This document shows, piece after piece, positions 8,836 to 16,222 of a stretch of 64,000 bases of DNA. The stretch is from Bacteroidales bacterium (GTDB lineage: Bacteria > Bacteroidota > Bacteroidia > Bacteroidales > VadinHA17). Below the pieces are notes generated by a model. That model saw only the letters and a list, made by a program, of their open reading frames with translations. It did not search any database and had not been told where the DNA came from. The stretch covers positions 3,676 to 67,675 of the forward strand of contig DAIOVL010000015.1 of assembly GCA_036759025.1 (NCBI GenBank). The letters run 5' to 3'. A program made the translations under genes and the position numbers. Each line of letters starts with the position of its first letter. The first letter of the stretch is position 1.

Positions 8836-11800
8836 TTATTTATAGAAATATAAATTGTCAATATAAAGATTATCCAGAGTACAGGTCAGCACTATCTGGG
8901 CAAGATCGGACCTTGTAAGTGTCCCGGCAAAAGCCGTTACGGGCAAATCGATGGATATCCATTTCCCTTTTTCAAGTGCAGGGATACTTCCGTTGACAGT
9001 GTGAACCACCGTAAGGATAAAATTGGTGGCCTCAGCAGCACCTCCTCCGAAGTCGACACATTTGATGGTGAGCACATCACCCGGGATCACATCCTCAGGC
9101 ACATATATGTCGAGATGGAATCCGGTCATTGCTGAAAGATCGAGTTTGTGATTGCTGAAGTCGATGCCCGCGAAATTTGTAAAAGTATATTTCTTGACAT
9201 CGTTGCCGGAAATCTGGAGGTCAGTTACGTCAGAATCATCCCATACAGCCGACCAGGTGTCAACTGTGACATTGGTATAGGCATTGCTGAAAAAAGAAGC
9301 TACATCGGCAGCATTTCTTGCAGGTGGTATCGGCGCCGGCGTTGCCGGATCATCTCCTGAGCCTCCGCCGGTCTTGTAGAAATAAATGTTGTCGAGATAA
9401 ATGGTCGAAGGGTTTGTACCTGCCTGACCATCAAATTTCATCTGGATGACATTGTTCAGACTCATACCCGATGATGTGAAATCTGTAAGAGGAATGTCGT
9501 AGCTAACCCATTGTCCGGCAGTTATAGGAGTAAGTGATACAAGATTCTCTGCCGGGGACCCGCTTCCGTTAATTGGCGAAACCTTTACCACGGTGGCATC
9601 CGCAGTCCACATATCGATATGCAGGTACTGCATCCCTGAAAGATCCTGACCCGCTGCGAAGGCAGTGCCCTGGTAGTTGAAGTTCGCATATTTGAGGGTG
9701 CTGTTACCTGCAATGCTTTCAGTGGTCACAACGGTCGTCTGACCCCAGTTGGGATTGAAGTCGGTTCCGGTGATATTTGTGTAAGCCTCGCTGAAGACAG
9801 ATACCACATCAGCAGCATCGCGGGCCGGAGGTGTGGGTGCAGCCGCAGTCGGCTCTGTCGCTCCTCCTCCGGTCTTGTAGAAATAGATGTTGTCTAGGTA
9901 AATTGTAGAAGGTGTGGTCCCAGCCTGACCATCAAATTTCATCTGGATGACATTGTTCAGACTCATACCCGATGATGTGAAATCTGTAAGAGGAATGTCG
10001 TAGCTAACCCATTGTCCGGCAGTTATAGGAGTAAGTGATACAAGATTCTCTGCCGGGGACCCGCTTCCGTTAATTGGCGAAACCTTTACCACGGTGGCAT
10101 CCGCAGTCCACATATCGATATGCAGGTACTGCATCCCTGAAAGATCCTGACCCGCTGCGAAGGCAGTGCCCTGGTAGTTGAAGTTCGCATATTTGAGGGT
10201 GCTGTTACCTGCAATGCTTTCAGTGGTCACAACGGTCGTCTGACCCCAGTTGGGATTGAAGTCTGTTCCGGTGATATTTGTATAAGCCTCGCTGAAGACT
10301 GATACCACATCAGCAGCATCACGGGCCGGAGGCGCCGGCGCTGCCGCAGTCGGCTCTGTGGTTCCTCCGCCTGATTTGTAGAAGTAAAGATTGTCGAGAT
10401 AGACAGTCTGCAGGTTAGTTGCAAGAACTATCTGAGCGAGATCCGATCGGGTCAGGCTTCCTGCAAATGCTGTTAAAGGAACATCTACTGAAACCCATGA
10501 TCCTGTCTGCAGTGCCGGAACATCTCCGCTGGCGGTATGAACGACTGTAAGGATATGGTTTGTCGCTTCGGCAGACCCTCCCCCGAAATCAACGTTTTTG
10601 ATTGTCAGGGATTTTGAAAGCACCTCATCAGGAGTCCATATATCAATATGGAAATGTGTCATCTCAGAAGCATTAATCTTGTTACTGCTGAAATCAATAC
10701 CTGCGAAATTTGTGAAGGTATATTTCTTGATATCGTCACCTGCTACCTGAAAATCAGCCACATCTGAATCATCCCAGTCGGCCGACCAGGTGCCTACGGT
10801 ATTATTGGTATACACATTGCTGAACAATGAAATCACATCAGCGGCATCTCTTGCAGGTGGTACAGGAGCCGGCACTGCAGGCTGATTCACAGGACTTCCT
10901 CCTTCGGTGTAGAAATACAGGTTATCCAGATATATGTCTCCGTTACCGTCCCACTTCAGCTGAATAACATCTGTCAGGTCAACGGGTGAAAAACCAGTCA
11001 ATGGAATATCGACACTTCCCCATCCAGTAGTCGGGACACTAAGTGCATATGCCTTTTCTACCGGGCCCGGGCTTATGAGATAAACATTCAGTGCTGTGGA
11101 ATTAGCTGTCCAGAAGTCTAAATGAAGATACTCCATCCCTGTTACATCCTGAGCGTTCGCAAGCTGCAAGCCCTGGTAATTCAGTCCTGCAAATTTAAGG
11201 GTATTGTTACCTGCGACCTGCACTTCGGAAACAACCGTAGCCTGTCCCCAGTTGGGATAGTCCGATCCATCCAGGTTGGTATAGGCATCGCCATAGAGGG
11301 AGATCACATCAGCAGCGTCTCTCGCCGGAGGTGTGGGTGCTGCATCAGCGGGACCCGTAGCTGGTCCTCCACCACCTTTGTAGAGGATGACATTGTCGAG
11401 GTAGAAACCGGAGAGTCCTGTTCCCAGATTTTCCAGGATGATCTGAGCAAGTTTGCCTTTGCTTGTCAGAGAAGCGAGACTCATATCTACGCTTATCCAG
11501 TTCTGCGAAGCCAGAGGGCCCGGGATCTCGTATGAAATTGAAGGATCGGTTCCGTCAAGGGCGCCGTCGGGTCCCATATCAACTACTTTTACCGACAGTT
11601 TATCACCTGAAGCAACTGCATTGGGGATCCAGACATCCATGTGGAGGTGTGTCATCTCCGATGCATCTATTGTGGGTGATGTGAACTGAATTCCGACGAA
11701 ATTGAAGTTTGTGTAATAAAGTACATCATCGTCATTCACTGTAAAATCTGATGATAATGTTGTCTGGTACGGTTGCCAGTAGCCGTTATAGAAGTCGACA

Positions 11801-12762
11801 GGCACATTTGCAAAGGCATTGCTGAAGATTGAGATAACATCTTCAGAGGCATAGGAAGGATCCGGGGCATGGATAAAATCGCCCGATGATACTACAGTCA
11901 TTGAGCCTGTTGCGTCTGTCCCGCCTGATGTGGCAGTTATCTTTGCCGATCCCTGTGCAAGGACATTCACTTTTCCTAATTCATTTACAGCAGCGACATT
12001 TTCATTTGATGAAGCAAAGCTGAACCAGGCGGGGGCGACCTCGAATGACTGATCGATGCCCGTCGGCATATTGAATATAACTTCAAGGCCGCTTAGCTGG
12101 AGGCTAAGTCCGTTTACGGCTGATTCTGTCACGTCGGTGCCACCCAGGATCACAGGTCTTTTATGGGCTATGGTGCCAAGTTTCTCGAACTTAACCTCAT
12201 CAATCCAGAGGGTGTAGCCTGTTCCGTCTTCAGGTCCTTCGGAATAGTAGAACATACCCTTTTCTTCTGTAAGTATTGAGGGGTCAGGGATAGGTATGAT
12301 GTACTTTTTCCAGTTGGAATTAACTTTCATTCCCTTCAGAGAGACAAGGAATTTCGATTCTCCCAGGTCATTTCCAAACCCGACAAGATCTACTGAAGCT
12401 GCTTTGGATGCTTTGGCATAAAAAGTAAGAGCATCATAAGAGCTGAGATCTCTTGCTACAGATGTAAAATATACACCTCCGGCGTAGCTTCCTTCAGGGT
12501 CGCCGGCGTCTGGGATCTCTATCTTCATGGAAGAAGATCCGGAATATTTTGTTTCATTGTCGACATCAAAAGCTGTAACCTTTGATCCGCCGAAAGCTGC
12601 ATAATTGAGCCCCGAGCTGAATCCGTCCATAAAGACCTCAGGTGTTGAAGGAAATTTGGCCAGTTCGAGTTCGTCGAACTCTCTTGTACAGCTCTGCGAC
12701 CATACAAGCATAACTGCTGCAGAAAGAGCAATTAAGGAATATCTATATATTTTCATTTTCAT
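8836..12762 (-). CDS. Multi-module surface glycan-binding lipoprotein (N-terminal CBM-like domain, Big_2 Ig-like domain, six ~165-aa CBM-like modules)
   Basis: The ORF track gives 8836..12924, but that start overlaps the upstream gene. The internal start MKMKIYRYSLIALSAAVMLVWSQSC (ATG at 12762..12760) gives a signal peptide plus lipobox and leaves a 19-nt gap to the upstream stop at 12782. Big_2-like stretch: NENVAAVNELGKVNVLAQGSAKITATSGG. The six modules each begin with a PPAR(D/N)AADV linker and end in YLDN(L/I)YFYK. Confidence 0.6.
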   Translation of the reverse strand: MKMKIYRYSLIALSAAVMLVWSQSCTREFDELELAKFPSTPEVFMDGFSSGLNYAAFGGSKVTAFDVDNETKYSGSSSMKIEIPDAGDPEGSYAGGVYFTSVARDLSSYDALTFYAKASKAASVDLVGFGNDLGESKFLVSLKGMKVNSNWKKYIIPIPDPSILTEEKGMFYYSEGPEDGTGYTLWIDEVKFEKLGTIAHKRPVILGGTDVTESAVNGLSLQLSGLEVIFNMPTGIDQSFEVAPAWFSFASSNENVAAVNELGKVNVLAQGSAKITATSGGTDATGSMTVVSSGDFIHAPDPSYASEDVISIFSNAFANVPVDFYNGYWQPYQTTLSSDFTVNDDDVLYYTNFNFVGIQFTSPTIDASEMTHLHMDVWIPNAVASGDKLSVKVVDMGPDGALDGTDPSISYEIPGPLASQNWISVDMSLASLTSKGKLAQIILENLGTGLSGFYLDNVILYKGGGGPATGPADAAPTPPARDAADVISLYGDAYTNLDGSDYPNWGQATVVSEVQVAGNNTLKFAGLNYQGLQLANAQDVTGMEYLHLDFWTANSTALNVYLISPGPVEKAYALSVPTTGWGSVDIPLTGFSPVDLTDVIQLKWDGNGDIYLDNLYFYTEGGSPVNQPAVPAPVPPARDAADVISLFSNVYTNNTVGTWSADWDDSDVADFQVAGDDIKKYTFTNFAGIDFSSNKINASEMTHFHIDIWTPDEVLSKSLTIKNVDFGGGSAEATNHILTVVHTASGDVPALQTGSWVSVDVPLTAFAGSLTRSDLAQIVLATNLQTVYLDNLYFYKSGGGTTEPTAAAPAPPARDAADVVSVFSEAYTNITGTDFNPNWGQTTVVTTESIAGNSTLKYANFNYQGTAFAAGQDLSGMQYLHIDMWTADATVVKVSPINGSGSPAENLVSLTPITAGQWVSYDIPLTDFTSSGMSLNNVIQMKFDGQAGTTPSTIYLDNIYFYKTGGGATEPTAAAPTPPARDAADVVSVFSEAYTNITGTDFNPNWGQTTVVTTESIAGNSTLKYANFNYQGTAFAAGQDLSGMQYLHIDMWTADATVVKVSPINGSGSPAENLVSLTPITAGQWVSYDIPLTDFTSSGMSLNNVIQMKFDGQAGTNPSTIYLDNIYFYKTGGGSGDDPATPAPIPPARNAADVASFFSNAYTNVTVDTWSAVWDDSDVTDLQISGNDVKKYTFTNFAGIDFSNHKLDLSAMTGFHLDIYVPEDVIPGDVLTIKCVDFGGGAAEATNFILTVVHTVNGSIPALEKGKWISIDLPVTAFAGTLTRSDLAQIVLTCTLDNLYIDNLYFYK
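9361..10362. repeat. In-frame 501-bp tandem duplication (2 copies) inside the glycan-binding lipoprotein gene
   Basis: Hand alignment at an offset of 501 bp shows 9422..9762 identical to 9923..10263 (341 bp with no mismatch). Flanks carry scattered substitutions. The duplication encodes modules 4 and 5, which are 167 aa each and differ at only 2-3 residues. Confidence 0.9.
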
Positions 12763-12781
12763 GTTTTTTCTTTTTATCAGG

Positions 12782-15700
12782 TTACATGCCGATATTGAAA
12801 TGCAAATAAGTTCTGATCTCCCATTCGCTGCCATTCGGGTATCCCGGAACTGTCGGATCACATACATAGTTACCGTTAACGTCGAGAGTCCGGGTCGGAC
12901 AGTAACGTGGGGAGTACTGATCAAGAGATCTTCTGGTGAACCTGAGACCTATCCGGGTTTCAGGCATATCAAACCATTTCGGTTTTGCTACGGCAGTTGA
13001 AAGGTCTATTTTTATCTGGAAGGGGTAGGTAAGGTTAAAGTCGCGGTGATAATCGTATGGACCCCAGTCATTTACCTTTACCATCGTTGATAATTTTGCC
13101 TTCTTATAAACCATCCGCAGGTCTCCGCTGTAACGGTGTATCAATCTTGCATCGCTGCCATTTGATTCAGCTGTACCGGCAAGGAGGTTTGCAATTATCC
13201 CGAAATCAGGTGTTACCTTCGAAACTATCCTGGAATAAGCCTCCCAAAGGTCCCTTGCCGGAGGTGCTCCCGGAAATGCAAATGTTGTTCTTCCGTTTGC
13301 CAGAATTCCTATTGCTGCATCCTGAGTTGTTGGATGATGGCGGTATACGACGCCTGCGCTGATTGCAAAGGGAGCATCTTCTGTCAGGTCATTATCCCAT
13401 TCGTACATCCAGGTTGCAGGAGTAGGATCGTAAGTTAGAAGCAGCTCACCTGCCACTGTTTGTCTGTTTTGTCTTACGGCGAAGGGATCATCAAGAATAT
13501 TTCTTGCCCTTCCGGGTGCCGGTACATCAGAAGGCATGGGGCCGACTATTGGTTTCTGCCATAAGAAGTTGGGTGCAATCTGCAGGTTCCCGAATGTCAG
13601 TGCGAAACCCGTCAGGAAATTAAACTGGTTTCCGCTTCCGCTGTCTTTTAGTCTCCAGCCTGTGAATGTTTTTGTATAATCTGCACCTCCGCCTGCAACA
13701 AGTCCCATTGCAGCTCCCTGTGAATACCACATCAGGGGTCCGGCAGAGAGTGTTAACTTTAATTTACCGCCCCAGGTGTCACTGGAATTGATCTGATCCT
13801 GGTAAACGGTGTAATTTCCGCTTTCTCCTTCCACAAGCTGGAATGTCTCGCCCACACGTGGCTGACCGGCCCAGATACCACCTATTTCCACACCCAGTTT
13901 GCCAAAAGCTCTTTTAATATGCAGGGTTGTTCTTCGTGTGGGAGGTGAAGGAATGGCGAATGAACTTACCGCCGGTGCCTGCTCGTCGAGATCTTCATGG
14001 TAGATCCCGGTGATGTCGAATCCGGCTATGCTGCGGCTGTATTTAACCAGTACTGCCGGGTTGGCTCCCCACCACAGTTCGGGACCGAAAGCCACCTTAA
14101 GACCGCTGAGCGATTTTTTCCCTTCCATTTCCACTCCAAAGGGAGCTTCTCCGTTATATATATCTATATTGGGGCCATAGTTGGCTTCAGGATAAAGCCC
14201 GAAAAAATCCCCTTCATAGCCCCAGTGATAGTGGCCTGTCCTGTAAAAGCTCTTCAGGTTGAAATACTTGCTTTTCCAGGTAAAATCAGATCTGTAGATC
14301 TTCACCCTGTCGATGGATGAAAGTTTAAGGTTGCCCTGGTCAGTATTTACTTCCCTGGTTCTTCCCCTGTTCTCGTAAAATATTTCATCAATAGGATTTT
14401 CTGCAATATGTCCAAGAATATTCACCGACACATTTCCATAAACGCTTTCCGATGGTTTTGCTTCAACATCAATATAATATGACTGCATATGATCGAAACC
14501 AAGTTCATCAGGATAATTCTCTGCCCCTGCAACGGGGTCGGCCGGAGTTGATATCCTGCTGCCACCTGTGCTGTAAGTGCTTAATTCAGCTCTCATCCCG
14601 CTTAACCTGACTATACGTGATTTTTCTCCTGTCATAGCAGCTTTGTCGGCACGGGCTTTAATTACAAGCTCCATGAGACTGATACCTTCAAAATGATCCT
14701 TTATCACTTCAACTGTCGTACCCTCCCTGTAAGGGTTTATACGATGTACATCTTTAAGGGCGTAATATGCAGCTCTGGGGTATAACTCATATAATCCTGA
14801 GGAATTTGTGGGTCCTTTTGCACAGATCCCGAACCACTCCTCGTTCATATTGTTTTCGCCGGGTACATAATCATTCAGGTAACCACCATTGACCCAGGAA
14901 GCGTTATTGTCATGCACATCAAGATTTGAGGTCTGAAGATATTTCCACCATCCGTCACTGAACTGGAATGTGAAACCTCCTATACTGTTGCCTGCCTTAC
15001 CGAGGCCAGCTGCATTTTCATATATCTCCTGCCAGTTACCAAGGAGGTAGTATGCCTGTGACTGCTGATCTTCCTCGTTGGTAACTGCATTGAAAGCATC
15101 TGAACCGAACTCGGTGAACATTATTGGCTTTCCAAGCACTTCCTTAACTCTCTGAAATGCGTCACCGAATGATAAACCACGATACATGTTCACTCCGAAA
15201 ACATCGACATCCTTACACTCTTCGGCTATTATATCCAGAAACAGAAGGTCTCCGTTACACATTGCAACGGGTACAGACCTGTCGATTTTTTTCATCTCAA
15301 GAGCCGCATCATTAAACAGTTTGTACATGGCAATTGCGCGGGTCGTTGATTTCCTGTCTTCTACAGGTATATCTTCCGTCTCAGCTCCTTCCCAGAAAAG
15401 CCCGTAGTTGTTCTCATTTCCAAGAAGGAACATAAGCAAACCCGGAGTTCCCTTAAACTCTTCAACCATCTCCGTGACTTCCTTCAGCAATAACTCCCTC
15501 ACCCTTGGATCGGAGTATTCCGTATTGGCTACCCACTGACTGCCGAGTGTAAGTCCATACCTTCCGAACGAATGGTTCAGAACTGTATAAATACCGTAAT
15601 TCCGGTATATATATTCTATCCATTTGGCCGGAACGCCTGTGTACTGCCTTATTGCATTTACGCCCATATTTTTGAGCATTGACATCTCTGCATCAAGGGC

Positions 15701-15964
15701 AGTCTTAATTAACTCGTCAGATTGTTTCCAGAGGCTGTAGGAGAAATTTGTGCCGATGGGAAAGTAATCCCAGTTCATTCCGTTTATCATGAACTCTTTA
15801 CCGCCGACTGATAATATTATCCCGTCATCACCATCGATGATCTTCACCTCTTGTGATCCGGAAACCTGGTCAGCCCTCACAGAGGTGACCTGAGCCTGTG
15901 TACTCTGAGTAAAAGCTACTAAAGAATACATGGCACAAATAAAAAAGCATGTGATCAGTTTCAT
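12782..15964 (-). CDS. Secreted fusion protein: clan GH-A glycoside hydrolase TIM barrel (GH2/GH5-like) joined to a ~600-aa predicted outer-membrane beta-barrel
   Basis: 1060-aa ORF with Sec signal MKLITCFFICAMYSLVAFTQSTQAQ. The N-terminal half has NAIRQY, FLLGNENNY (Glu184) and IMFTEFGSDAF (Glu285). The C-terminal ~600 aa is a run of short amphipathic Gly/aromatic-rich strands ending in the porin-like WEIRTYLHFNIGM. No TonB box or plug motifs. Confidence 0.55.
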   Translation of the reverse strand: MKLITCFFICAMYSLVAFTQSTQAQVTSVRADQVSGSQEVKIIDGDDGIILSVGGKEFMINGMNWDYFPIGTNFSYSLWKQSDELIKTALDAEMSMLKNMGVNAIRQYTGVPAKWIEYIYRNYGIYTVLNHSFGRYGLTLGSQWVANTEYSDPRVRELLLKEVTEMVEEFKGTPGLLMFLLGNENNYGLFWEGAETEDIPVEDRKSTTRAIAMYKLFNDAALEMKKIDRSVPVAMCNGDLLFLDIIAEECKDVDVFGVNMYRGLSFGDAFQRVKEVLGKPIMFTEFGSDAFNAVTNEEDQQSQAYYLLGNWQEIYENAAGLGKAGNSIGGFTFQFSDGWWKYLQTSNLDVHDNNASWVNGGYLNDYVPGENNMNEEWFGICAKGPTNSSGLYELYPRAAYYALKDVHRINPYREGTTVEVIKDHFEGISLMELVIKARADKAAMTGEKSRIVRLSGMRAELSTYSTGGSRISTPADPVAGAENYPDELGFDHMQSYYIDVEAKPSESVYGNVSVNILGHIAENPIDEIFYENRGRTREVNTDQGNLKLSSIDRVKIYRSDFTWKSKYFNLKSFYRTGHYHWGYEGDFFGLYPEANYGPNIDIYNGEAPFGVEMEGKKSLSGLKVAFGPELWWGANPAVLVKYSRSIAGFDITGIYHEDLDEQAPAVSSFAIPSPPTRRTTLHIKRAFGKLGVEIGGIWAGQPRVGETFQLVEGESGNYTVYQDQINSSDTWGGKLKLTLSAGPLMWYSQGAAMGLVAGGGADYTKTFTGWRLKDSGSGNQFNFLTGFALTFGNLQIAPNFLWQKPIVGPMPSDVPAPGRARNILDDPFAVRQNRQTVAGELLLTYDPTPATWMYEWDNDLTEDAPFAISAGVVYRHHPTTQDAAIGILANGRTTFAFPGAPPARDLWEAYSRIVSKVTPDFGIIANLLAGTAESNGSDARLIHRYSGDLRMVYKKAKLSTMVKVNDWGPYDYHRDFNLTYPFQIKIDLSTAVAKPKWFDMPETRIGLRFTRRSLDQYSPRYCPTRTLDVNGNYVCDPTVPGYPNGSEWEIRTYLHFNIGM

Positions 15965-16065
15965 AGGCTCCTTTTTTTATAGTATTAATTTGATTATTAA
16001 ATTTTAAGAATCGGTTCAGAAAGTTATACCTAATATTATAACAGAGTTCTCGCGGTTGCACTGCT

Positions 16066-16106
16066 AAAACACTACATCGACGAAATAAAAACACTTCAAA
16101 AACACA
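16066..16106. promoter_or_regulatory. Three helically phased AAAACAC(T/A) direct repeats upstream of the glucan operon
   Basis: Copies start at 16066, 16088 and 16099, giving spacings of 22 and 11 bp. They lie 100-140 bp upstream of the ATG at 15964 and just downstream of the regulator gene stop (16223). This could be a regulator site or a phased A-tract bend. Confidence 0.3.
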
Positions 16107-16222
16107 TCACAGGAAAGCCGGGATCCCCGATTAATGGTGTTTAGTTCAGGTAATTCCCTTATGATCAAAGACAAAGTTTATTCAACGACGAGTACAGCAG
16201 GTTAATGACATCTTTTCTTTTA

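Noticed and set aside
9361-10362. The 501-bp near-identical repeat as a mobile element or IS remnant.
   Set aside because: It is an exact multiple of three, stays in frame within one ORF and encodes a complete protein module. There are no terminal inverted repeats or transposase.
12763-12924. A 54-codon 5' extension of the binding-protein ORF as given in the ORF track (start at 12924).
   Set aside because: It overlaps the last 143 nt of the upstream gene. It encodes no signal peptide (MISTPHVTVRPGL...), while the internal MKMKIYRYSLIALSAAVMLVWSQSC gives a canonical lipoprotein leader. The same logic was applied to 35977..36033 and 51737..51772.
12782-15964. Whether the 1060-aa ORF is simply a SusC-like TonB-dependent transporter, given its typical length and operon position.
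   Set aside because: It has no carboxypeptidase-regulatory-like N-domain, TonB box or plug motifs. Instead the first ~410 residues carry an ordered set of clan GH-A catalytic motifs.
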